From the NCBI GenBank assembly GCA_016929895.1, contig JAFGHW010000048.1, positions 1-61,147 on the forward strand: a stretch of 61,147 bases of DNA. The letters run 5' to 3'. The translations under genes and the position numbers were made by a program. Below, in pieces: positions 38,373 through 46,754 of the stretch. How positions within the stretch are numbered: the stretch's first letter is position 1; the number at the start of each line of letters is the position of its first letter. The notes under the pieces are model-generated. The model worked only from the letters and a program-made list of their open reading frames with translations, made no database searches and had not been told where the DNA came from. Source of the DNA: Candidatus Woesearchaeota archaeon. Its GTDB lineage: Archaea > Nanobdellota > Nanobdellia > Woesearchaeales > ARS49.

Positions 38373-39326
38373 ATGTCTCTTATGAACTTAAACAAATTAA
38401 GATATGTCGTTTTATTCATAGGATTGGCTATAATAGGATATATTCTTTGGCAGATAGATTATGGCATGATACGCCAAATCAAAATAGATTGGTCATTTTT
38501 CAAATTTTTACTTCTTTTTTTAATTATTCTGATGATTTTTATTGTTCGAACCTGGCGATGGCAGTTATTTTTAAAAAGCATTAATGTTTGTTTAAAATTT
38601 ATTCCAACTTTGTTATTAGTTGCTCCATCTATGGCCTTTGCGCTTTTTTCTCCAGCGCAATCGGGGGACTTGATTAAAATAGAATTTTTAAAAAAGAAAT
38701 TTGGAGTGCCCAGAAAAGAATCTTTTTCTACAGTAGCAATGGAAAAAATTCTTGATTTGGGTTTTCTTTTTACTTTTTTTGTAATAGGTATTAGTCATAT
38801 ATCTATAGCATTTTTGAAAATTGATATAATGTATATTCTTGCGTTTATTATTATTTCAATTCTGTTAGGAATATCTTTAATTTGGTTGTTGAGAAATAGA
38901 AGTAACTTAATTCGGATTACACTAATGAATTTTAAATTAATTTTCAAAAGCCCAGTCAATTTTTTGTTGGGGATATTTATGACCATTTTATACTGGGGGT
39001 TTTTGGCATGGGCCTGGCTTTTGGTTGCAAAAATTCTAAATATTCCTTTAACCTTTGTTTTTACGATTGAAATTTTATCTATTCTTTCAGTTATAGGCTT
39101 AATCACGCTAATTCCGGGCGGACTTGGAGTTGTTGAGATAAGTGCAATTATTATCTTGTCAAATATATTAAATATAAATTCTAACATTGCGGCGGTATAT
39201 TCTATTTTTATGAGATTGTATACGGTTTTTATTGCGATTATTGGCTATTTACCTTTTTTATTAGATATCCAAAAAGTATTTAAATCAGATAAAATAATTA
39301 AATACTCGAAAGGGAGAACAATATAG
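38373..39326 (+). CDS. UPF0104 / lysylphosphatidylglycerol-synthase-TM-like (flippase-like) membrane protein
   Basis: 317 aa with about 8 TM helices and the family-typical motif LIPGGLGVVEISA. Confidence 0.6.
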   Translation: MSLMNLNKLRYVVLFIGLAIIGYILWQIDYGMIRQIKIDWSFFKFLLLFLIILMIFIVRTWRWQLFLKSINVCLKFIPTLLLVAPSMAFALFSPAQSGDLIKIEFLKKKFGVPRKESFSTVAMEKILDLGFLFTFFVIGISHISIAFLKIDIMYILAFIIISILLGISLIWLLRNRSNLIRITLMNFKLIFKSPVNFLLGIFMTILYWGFLAWAWLLVAKILNIPLTFVFTIEILSILSVIGLITLIPGGLGVVEISAIIILSNILNINSNIAAVYSIFMRLYTVFIAIIGYLPFLLDIQKVFKSDKIIKYSKGRTI

Positions 39327-39353
39327 GATATAGCATATGGATAGGTGAATCTA

Positions 39354-40016
39354 ATGGAACAAATACCTGAATTTTTAAAACCAGAATATTATTTTTCAAA
39401 TTTAGACAAGTACAAAGAAATATTTGAAGGAGTTAATTTTGTTTGGGAAGCAATACCAAAAATTTCTGAGTTTGTCAGGAAGAAAACAGAAGAAGCAGGA
39501 GAAAAAATTATAATTGGCGAAGGAACAAAAATATCTGACGGGGCTGTAATCGAAGGACCCTGCTTAATTGGCAGAAATTGTCAAATACGGCCAGGAGCAT
39601 ATATTCGCGAAAATGTTGTAATCTATGATGGTTGTATAATCCGGGGAGAAATAAAGAATTCATTAATGATGGAAAACAGTGCAGCAGCACATTGGCCGTA
39701 TATCGGTGACAGCATAATAGGCGAAAATGCAAATTTAGGAGCACGAACAACATTATCCAATCTAAAAGTAAATCCAAGCAATGTTAAAATTAAAATTGGA
39801 GATATAATCCATGATACAAAACTGTCTAAATTTGGAGCAGTATTAGGAGATAGAGTCAGTACAGGATGCCATTGTGAAACAAATCCAGGAACATTAATAG
39901 GACCAGGGGTAATGATTTATCCCAGCGCAACAATTGGTCCTGGTTTTTTCAAAAAGAATCATATTATTAAATACAAGCCAGGAATTGAAGTTGTTGAAAT
40001 AGTTGAAAGGAAATGA
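39354..40016 (+). CDS. Left-handed beta-helix (hexapeptide) acyl/acetyltransferase, GlmU-C-terminal-like
   Basis: Hexapeptide runs are IGEGTKISDGAVIEGPCLIGRNCQIRPGAYI and IGENANLGARTT. An AGGTGA sequence at 39343-39348 precedes the ATG at 39354; the track start at 39345 is a GTG. Confidence 0.7.
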   Translation: MEQIPEFLKPEYYFSNLDKYKEIFEGVNFVWEAIPKISEFVRKKTEEAGEKIIIGEGTKISDGAVIEGPCLIGRNCQIRPGAYIRENVVIYDGCIIRGEIKNSLMMENSAAAHWPYIGDSIIGENANLGARTTLSNLKVNPSNVKIKIGDIIHDTKLSKFGAVLGDRVSTGCHCETNPGTLIGPGVMIYPSATIGPGFFKKNHIIKYKPGIEVVEIVERK

Positions 40017-41083
40017 TACCAATAGCCAAACCAGACATGACTGATGTTGAAGTTCAAGCAGTTGCAGAAGTTCTAAAATCAGGAATGCTTGTTCAAGGCA
40101 AAAAAGTAAAAGAACTCGAAGAGGCATTTGCAAAATTTATTGGAACAAAATACTCTATAGCAACAAGCTCTGGAACAACTGCTTTGCATGTTGCATTGAT
40201 TGCTCATGGAATTGGACCGGGAGATGAGGTGCTTACTTCTCCGTTTACTTTTATTTCAACTGCTAATTCAATTTTATTCTGTGGAGCAAAACCAGTATTT
40301 GTAGATATTGACCCAGACACTTTTAACATTGATGCTTCAAAAATACAAGAAAAAATAAATTCAAAAACAAAAGCAATAATACCTGTTCATTTATTTGGGC
40401 AAAGCTGTGACATGGATAAAATCACAGAAATCGCTGAAAAATATCGTCTAGTTGTTATCGAAGATGCGTGCCAGTCACACGGAGCAGAATACAAAGGAAA
40501 AAAAACAGGCAGTTTTGGAACAGGATGCTTCTCGTTCTATCCAACAAAAAACATGACTGCGGGCGAAGGAGGAATAATTACAACAAACGATGAAGAAATT
40601 TATAACAAAGCTTGTTTATTACGCGACCATGGAATGCCAGAGAGATACAACCACACGATCTTAGGATATAATTACAGAATGACTGATATACACGCAGCAA
40701 TAGGAATAAAACAACTTGAAAAATTAGAAGAATACAATAAAAAAAGAATAGAAAATGCACAATTTTTAACTGAAAATATCAATATTCCAGGCATAATCAC
40801 GCCAAAAATCCAACACAAACATGTTTTTAACCAATACACAATAAAAATAACACCAGAGTGCAAATTCAGCCGCAAAGAATTAATGCAAAAACTAAAAAAT
40901 GCAGGAATTGGGCATTTTATTTATTATCCCTGTGTGATTTATTATCAGGAACCATACGCCGATTATGCAAAAGACTGTCCAATAGCAGAAAAAATCAGCA
41001 AACAGGTATTAAGCATTCCAGTACATCCAAAACTAAGCAACGAAGACCTGCAAAAATTAAAAGAATTTTTTCAATCAATATGA
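40013..41083 (+). CDS. DegT-family PLP sugar aminotransferase
   Basis: 356 aa. The PLP lysine sits in FSFYPTKNMTAGEGG. An ATGA start/stop overlap links it to the LbH gene. Confidence 0.88.
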   Translation: MIPIAKPDMTDVEVQAVAEVLKSGMLVQGKKVKELEEAFAKFIGTKYSIATSSGTTALHVALIAHGIGPGDEVLTSPFTFISTANSILFCGAKPVFVDIDPDTFNIDASKIQEKINSKTKAIIPVHLFGQSCDMDKITEIAEKYRLVVIEDACQSHGAEYKGKKTGSFGTGCFSFYPTKNMTAGEGGIITTNDEEIYNKACLLRDHGMPERYNHTILGYNYRMTDIHAAIGIKQLEKLEEYNKKRIENAQFLTENINIPGIITPKIQHKHVFNQYTIKITPECKFSRKELMQKLKNAGIGHFIYYPCVIYYQEPYADYAKDCPIAEKISKQVLSIPVHPKLSNEDLQKLKEFFQSI

Positions 41084-42075
41084 ACCAGAACTTCTTCAAC
41101 ACTTAATCTCTTAAAATAATCTCTATTTTTAGGATTTTTCCCGTAAATCTCAACATCTGGCTCGTAAATATCTTCATCTTTCCATAAAGCAACAGAACCC
41201 TTGGTTAAAGGAGCTTTTCTAGCAGGATTTGTAGGACCAAACAACGAAATAACCTTTGCTCCAGAAGCAGAAGCAATATGCATAGGCCCAGAATCACTAC
41301 AAATGACCAATTTGCAACGGCGCATTAATTCACACGATTGAGAAATATTTGTTTTTCCCGCAAAATTAAATATTTTTTTTCTTTTGCACTTGAGCAAAAT
41401 ATGTTTATTTAATTCAAAATCACTTTTTCCGCCTAATAAAAGGATTGAATATTTTTTAGGAATTTTATTAATTAATTCAATGAATTTTTCTTTAGGCCAT
41501 CTTCTTGAACCAACAACAGCGCCTCCAGGATTTTTAGCGCCTCCAGGAACAATCCCAATAAAATTCTTTATGCCTTTTGTTAATTTATCAACCAGTTCAA
41601 TATCCTCTTTAGACACAAACAAATCAATTTTTTTACTTTTTTCTTTAGCACCAACAACTCTTGCCAAATCAAGATAATAATCAATTTCATGCTTTAAAGA
41701 ACCATATTTTACATTAATCGTATTTGCAAAACCCTCTTTTCCACGATTAAACCCTATCCTAGTCTTAATACCTGTTGCAAAACCAAATAATCCTGCCAAA
41801 TAAGCCTTATCCAATATGAACAAAACATCATATTTCTGTTTTTTAATATTTTTTAATAATCTTAATTTACTAAAAATTTTTTTTGAATGAAAAATAGAAT
41901 CATCATATGCAAAAACTCTATTTAAATTATGATTATTTGCTACTGCTTTGGCCGACCATTTTCCAGTATGAAAATCAATAATTGCATTAGGAAATCTTTT
42001 TCTCAAAGCACGCAAAAAAGGAGTGGCCATAAGAATATCGCCTATTGCGCCAGATTTTAAAACTGCGATTTTCAT
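41071..42075 (-). CDS. GT9-family glycosyltransferase (heptosyltransferase-like)
   Basis: 334 aa with MKIAVLKSGAIGDILMATPFLRALRKRFP and a C-terminal CSDSGPMHIASASG, typical of ADP-heptose:acceptor heptosyltransferases. Confidence 0.82.
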   Translation of the reverse strand: MKIAVLKSGAIGDILMATPFLRALRKRFPNAIIDFHTGKWSAKAVANNHNLNRVFAYDDSIFHSKKIFSKLRLLKNIKKQKYDVLFILDKAYLAGLFGFATGIKTRIGFNRGKEGFANTINVKYGSLKHEIDYYLDLARVVGAKEKSKKIDLFVSKEDIELVDKLTKGIKNFIGIVPGGAKNPGGAVVGSRRWPKEKFIELINKIPKKYSILLLGGKSDFELNKHILLKCKRKKIFNFAGKTNISQSCELMRRCKLVICSDSGPMHIASASGAKVISLFGPTNPARKAPLTKGSVALWKDEDIYEPDVEIYGKNPKNRDYFKRLSVEEVLVHID

Positions 42076-42171
42076 TATTTTAATAACAAAAATATGATTT
42101 AAAAATGTTGTGGACTAGAAAATGCATGTTCATAAAATTTATAAACCTATTTTTAGCATGAACTTGTCAAA

Positions 42172-43527
42172 ATGAGATTGATTGACAAACTAAATCTTCT
42201 CCAAAACAAGAAGATTTTAGTGCTAGGAGACTTGATGCTTGATGAGTATGAATACGGCGAAGTTTCCAGAATATCGCAAGAAGCTCCTGTTCAGGTAGTA
42301 AAGTTTGAATATTCAAAAAAAGTTATTGGAGGGGCGGGAAATACCGCCAATAACCTTGTTTCATTAGGGGCAGAAGTTTTTCTTGCAGGGATTGTTGGAT
42401 CTGATCGGAAACACAAAGAACTTCTTGAATGTCTTAAACAAGCCAATATTAATTCAGAAGGAGTTATTACTGATAATACAAAGCCGACCATTGTGAAAAA
42501 AAGAATAGTTTCTGGAAAAAATCAATTAATACGAATCGATTATGAAGATAATAAACCCATCGATCATGAAGCACAAGAGAAAATTAAGCAATTCATACAG
42601 AAAAAAATAGATTTAGTAGATGTTATAGTAATCAGCGATTATGACAAAGGATTAATTAATGTTGACTTAATGAAATTTTTAATCAACTTATCTAATGAAA
42701 AAAAAATTCCGACTGTTTTAGACGGCAAATCACAAAATTTAGAATGTTTTAAGGATGTAACTTTAATAACACCCAATATACAGGAAGCCAGGCAAATGTC
42801 AGGCATTTATGACAACGTGGAAGAGATGGGCAAAGTTTTGGTTTCCAGGTTAAACACGAATCTTTTTTTAACTCGCGGAGCGGATGGGATATCTGTTTTT
42901 GAGAAAAATGGAAAAATAACTCATGTCCCAACTAAAAAAGTCCCAGTTTACGATGTTACAGGCGCAGGAGACACGGTTGTTGCAATATCCGCGCTTGGAC
43001 TGGCCAGCGGAATGAATTTTAAAGAAATCGCAGAAATAGCAAATATTGCAGGAAGAATAGTTGTTCAAAAACCGGGAACAGCTACTGTAACATTAGAAGA
43101 AATACGAAAAACAATGGATTCTATTTCTATACGAGAATCGCATGAAAAATACAAAAAAAAATGGGGCTATGAAGAATGGATAGTTAATTTAGATTCAGCA
43201 GGTTATTGCGGCAAAAAATTAATTTTAAATAAAGGTTATCAATGTTCTATACACTATCACAAAGAAAAAGATGAAGTTTTTTATATAAACAAAGGATTTG
43301 TATTGATGACTATCGATGGAAAACAAGAACTAATGAAACCAGAATCAAGAATACGAATCGAACCAGGAACAAGACACAGATTTATTGGGTTAACAGATGC
43401 AGAAATAATAGAGATTAGTTCATTTCATAAAGAAGAAGATAGTTATAGAGATGAGCCAAGCGGAAGGGTAAATGAGGAGAAGTTTAAAAATTATATTAAA
43501 AAATATTCAGATGAAATAAATGAATAA
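42172..43527 (+). CDS. D-glycero-beta-D-manno-heptose-7-phosphate kinase (RfaE domain I, PfkB family) fused to a C-terminal phosphomannose-isomerase-type cupin
   Basis: 451 aa. Kinase motifs are GGAGNTANN and DVTGAGDT. The cupin occupies residues about 329-432. Confidence 0.8.
   Translation: MRLIDKLNLLQNKKILVLGDLMLDEYEYGEVSRISQEAPVQVVKFEYSKKVIGGAGNTANNLVSLGAEVFLAGIVGSDRKHKELLECLKQANINSEGVITDNTKPTIVKKRIVSGKNQLIRIDYEDNKPIDHEAQEKIKQFIQKKIDLVDVIVISDYDKGLINVDLMKFLINLSNEKKIPTVLDGKSQNLECFKDVTLITPNIQEARQMSGIYDNVEEMGKVLVSRLNTNLFLTRGADGISVFEKNGKITHVPTKKVPVYDVTGAGDTVVAISALGLASGMNFKEIAEIANIAGRIVVQKPGTATVTLEEIRKTMDSISIRESHEKYKKKWGYEEWIVNLDSAGYCGKKLILNKGYQCSIHYHKEKDEVFYINKGFVLMTIDGKQELMKPESRIRIEPGTRHRFIGLTDAEIIEISSFHKEEDSYRDEPSGRVNEEKFKNYIKKYSDEINE
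43156..43467 (+). other. Cupin domain (type II phosphomannose isomerase C-terminal-like) inside the heptose kinase ORF
   Basis: The domain reads KKWGYEEWIV...KKLILNKGYQCSIHYHKEKDEVFYINKGFVLMTIDG...IRIEPGTRHRFIG...IIEISS...EEDSYRDEPSGR. It parallels the WG...K.i.v.PG..lS.Q.H.hR.EhW.vv.G.a...HR..N...iEvq.G..l.EdDI.R..D.YGR pattern of GMP/PMI C-terminal domains. Confidence 0.7.
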
Positions 43528-44107
43528 AGCAATATTCTTAGATAGAGATGGGACGATTAATGTAGATGATAAAGAAATATTTTTGCCTCGTTTGAATAAA
43601 AAAGTAAAAGGATATATTCATAAAATAGAAGATTGGGAATTTATACCCAAAGCATTGGAAGCCTTAATAAAGCTGTCTGAGTCTGAATATAAATTGATAA
43701 TAATAACAAATCAATCAGGGATTGGAAGAGGTTATTATACAGAAGAAGATTTAAAAAAGCTACATTTGCATGTCCTTTCTTATAATCATGTAAGAATAGA
43801 TGGAGTATATTTCTGCCCACATCATCCTGAGAAAGCAAGGGGGGTCTATAAAAAATTTTGCGACTGCCGAAAACCTGGAATAGGTTTGATTAAAAAAGCG
43901 GCCCAAGAACATAATATTGATTTAACCAAAAGTTATATGATTGGCGACAAAACAACAGATATTGAATGCGGCCGAAGAGCGGGATGCAAAACAATACTTG
44001 TAGAAACAGGAAATGCTGGAACAGACGGAACATATAACGCAGCTCCTGATTTTACTGCAACAAATTTGCATATGGCTGCAGAAATGATACTTAAGCAAAA
44101 TGAATAA
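43520..44107 (+). CDS. gmhB: D-glycero-D-manno-heptose 1,7-bisphosphate phosphatase
   Basis: 195 aa with HAD motif I FLDRDGTIN, ITNQSGI, the Zn-site-like CPHHP...CDCRKP, and GDKTTD. Confidence 0.85.
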   Translation: MNKAIFLDRDGTINVDDKEIFLPRLNKKVKGYIHKIEDWEFIPKALEALIKLSESEYKLIIITNQSGIGRGYYTEEDLKKLHLHVLSYNHVRIDGVYFCPHHPEKARGVYKKFCDCRKPGIGLIKKAAQEHNIDLTKSYMIGDKTTDIECGRRAGCKTILVETGNAGTDGTYNAAPDFTATNLHMAAEMILKQNE

Positions 44108-44585
44108 AATAAAAACAAAACAGGAAATAGCTGTGATTTGCGAAGAACTAAGAAGCCAAGGCAAGAAAATAGTAACGACCAATGGCAGTTTTGATATTCT
44201 CCATTACGGGCATGTATTCGCTTTTAACAAAGCAAAAGAACAAGGAGACATATTAATTGTCGGTCTTAACAGCGATATTTCCATTAAGAAATATAAAGGC
44301 AATGACAGACCGATAATACCACAAGAATACAGAGCAAAGTTATTAGCTGCTTTGGAATGCGTGGATTATGTTGTGCTTTTTGATGAAACAATACCTAATG
44401 ATTTTTTGGAAAAAGTAAAACCAGATGTTCATGTAAACGAAGCAAACTACGGAGAAAATTGCATAGAGGCGCCTGTTATTAAAAAACATGGCGGAAAACT
44501 TTATTTATTTAAAAGAGAAATTGAAGGAGTATCTACAACAGGAATTATCCATAAAATATTGAATGTCTATGGTAAAAAAGATTAA
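44100..44585 (+). CDS. D-glycero-beta-D-manno-heptose-1-phosphate adenylyltransferase (RfaE domain II / HldC-like)
   Basis: 161 aa with a cytidylyltransferase fold and TNGSFDILHYGH (HxGH). It overlaps gmhB by 8 nt. Confidence 0.83.
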   Translation: MNKIKTKQEIAVICEELRSQGKKIVTTNGSFDILHYGHVFAFNKAKEQGDILIVGLNSDISIKKYKGNDRPIIPQEYRAKLLAALECVDYVVLFDETIPNDFLEKVKPDVHVNEANYGENCIEAPVIKKHGGKLYLFKREIEGVSTTGIIHKILNVYGKKD

Positions 44586-45721
44586 ATTAATTTTTCTGCC
44601 TCTTTATATACTTCGCCGACAGAAATTAAATTAATGCAATTCTTATTATTTTTGCATTTAGAAGGCAATTGTCCCTTATGAACATTAATGCAAGGCCGGC
44701 ATCTTAAAGGTTTTTCTAAGGAAACATTCTTTTTTCCAAAGGGAGCAAATCTAACAGATAAATTAGGGCCAAAAAGGCCGATTGTTTTTGTCCCCTGTGC
44801 TGCGGCAACATGCATGGGGCCAGTATCATTGCTGATAAATAACTTACATTTTTTAACAAGATAAAATAATGCGGTTTTGGATGTTTTGCCGGCAAGATTT
44901 ATCGACGATGAATTCATTATTGAACGAATTTTCTCTATTCTTTTGTGCTCATTAGGAGATCCGACAAAAATAATTTTTGCATTCTTTTTTTTAGCTAATT
45001 TATCTGCAAGCTTGGCAAAATTCTCAGCAGACCAGGACCTGTGCTTGGCAGACTCAGCAGTCCCCGCACACAAACCGATAATCTTATCCTTTTTTTTGAT
45101 TTTTGCCTTTTCAAGAATTGAATTTACTTTAGTTTTATCATTACTTGAATAAGAAAGTTTTACAAGACTTTTGGGGGCATGATAAATTCCTAATTGCTTT
45201 GCCATATCCATGTACGTCAAAACTTCATGCTGTTTATCATTAAAATCAACAGGATGCGTATACAACCAATAACGAACAGTATGAGAAAAACCAATTCTTT
45301 TCTTAGCGCAAAACCAAGAAAGAAGTCCGCTCAATTTAAGATAAGGTTCGCAATCGATTGACAAATCGAATTTACTGAACATTTTTAAAAATTTTAAAGC
45401 ATTTCTTGGCTCGATTAAGATTATTCTGTTAATAAACGGAAGATTTTGAAATACATGAGCATTTTTATCCCTGGCTAAAATAGTAATATTAGAATCAGGA
45501 TATTTGTGTTTAATACTTTTAATCATAGGCAATGTAAGAACTGATTCTCCAAGAGCCCATAATTTTATTACAGCAATATTATTTAACTTTTTTATTTTCT
45601 TATTTTTAGAAGGCAAAATTCTATTATTTATTCCTAACACAAAACAAAGAAAAGAACCTATACATTTATCAATCAGCCATTCTATTTTTGCCATTGCCTT
45701 TTTTGAAACCTCTAATTGCAA
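44582..45721 (-). CDS. GT9-family glycosyltransferase (heptosyltransferase-like), second copy
   Basis: 379 aa with IKLWALGESVLTLPMIKSIKHKYP and ISNDTGPMHVAAAQG. Confidence 0.8.
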   Translation of the reverse strand: MQLEVSKKAMAKIEWLIDKCIGSFLCFVLGINNRILPSKNKKIKKLNNIAVIKLWALGESVLTLPMIKSIKHKYPDSNITILARDKNAHVFQNLPFINRIILIEPRNALKFLKMFSKFDLSIDCEPYLKLSGLLSWFCAKKRIGFSHTVRYWLYTHPVDFNDKQHEVLTYMDMAKQLGIYHAPKSLVKLSYSSNDKTKVNSILEKAKIKKKDKIIGLCAGTAESAKHRSWSAENFAKLADKLAKKKNAKIIFVGSPNEHKRIEKIRSIMNSSSINLAGKTSKTALFYLVKKCKLFISNDTGPMHVAAAQGTKTIGLFGPNLSVRFAPFGKKNVSLEKPLRCRPCINVHKGQLPSKCKNNKNCINLISVGEVYKEAEKLI

Positions 45722-46028
45722 GTTCGCGCGTTAATGTGCTAATATTCTGCTCCAAGCTTTCAAATTTAACATAAATTCTAAAAATCATATAAAACAAAAG
45801 AATAATACTTAAATATGCAACAAAATCTGTGCCTCGTTTTATCCCAACTAAGTCTGCAAAGTATGAAACTCCGTGAGGAGCGAAAGCAAAGACAACTGCG
45901 AGAGTCCAGAGAATAGTCCAAAATAACAGTCCTTGCCTGCTTATTTTTTTATCTTTAAATCTTAAAAAAGCCCTGCTTATAGCAAATAAAGCCACAAGTA
46001 CAATACATAATTTTATTATCCAATACAT
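45669..46028 (-). CDS. DUF2304-like small membrane protein (GT2 partner)
   Basis: 119 aa with about 3-4 TM helices. It sits immediately downstream of a GT2 gene, which is the usual genomic context for this family. Confidence 0.6.
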   Translation of the reverse strand: MYWIIKLCIVLVALFAISRAFLRFKDKKISRQGLLFWTILWTLAVVFAFAPHGVSYFADLVGIKRGTDFVAYLSIILLFYMIFRIYVKFESLEQNISTLTRELAIRGFKKGNGKNRMAD

Positions 46029-46031
46029 TTT

Positions 46032-46712
46032 TTACCTCGCAATTTTTTTTAAAATCATTCCTGCAATGACTTTAACCGCGCCCAAATAGGATCCATGCCC
46101 TTTTTTTAATGTTTCTTTATCATATTTAATAGTAACAGGCACTTCTTTAAATCTTATTTTTTTCTTGTGAATTTCTTCAATTATCTCTGATGCATGAGCC
46201 ATTCTATCGCATGTGATAGATATTTTCTTTGCTGCTGTCTTGGACATGGCACGCAATCCGTTATGAGCATCACTCATTTTTATTCTGTAAAACAAAAACA
46301 TAACCAAAACCGAACCCTTTAAAAGAATCTTTCTGAAAAAAGGAACCTTGCTCTTTTCAATGAACCTTGAACCAATAGTTATATCAGCTTCGCCTTTAAG
46401 TATTGGTTCAAGAATAGATTTTAAGTCTTCTACTCTATGCTGACCATCAGAATCAAATGTAACAATTACGTTGGCATCATTTTGCAAAGCAAAATCAATT
46501 CCGGTTTTTAACGAAGCTCCCTGGCCTCGGTTAATAGCATGCTGTAATAAATAAACTGGGAATTCGGAGGCTATGGCGTATGTATTATCTCCGCTATGAT
46601 CATCTATAACAACAATTTTATCATAATTCGCTTTTAATAAATTAGAAATAACTCCAGAAATAGCTTTTTCTTCGTTAAAAGCAGGGATAACAATAAAGAT
46701 TTTATCAGTCAT
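46032..46712 (-). CDS. GT2 polyprenyl/dolichyl-phosphate glycosyltransferase
   Basis: 226 aa with IVIPAFNEE, IDDHSGDNT and FDSDGQH. Confidence 0.85.
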   Translation of the reverse strand: MTDKIFIVIPAFNEEKAISGVISNLLKANYDKIVVIDDHSGDNTYAIASEFPVYLLQHAINRGQGASLKTGIDFALQNDANVIVTFDSDGQHRVEDLKSILEPILKGEADITIGSRFIEKSKVPFFRKILLKGSVLVMFLFYRIKMSDAHNGLRAMSKTAAKKISITCDRMAHASEIIEEIHKKKIRFKEVPVTIKYDKETLKKGHGSYLGAVKVIAGMILKKIAR

Positions 46713-46754
46713 ATTTTTTTTTTAGAAAAATTTGTTTATAAGCTTTTTGGACTA

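Noticed and set aside
38360-38584. The alternative 74-aa ORF overlapping the start of the UPF0104 gene.
   Set aside because: The frame starting at 38373 continues for 317 aa with a coherent multi-TM profile and a family motif. The 74-aa frame has no features and is a shadow ORF.
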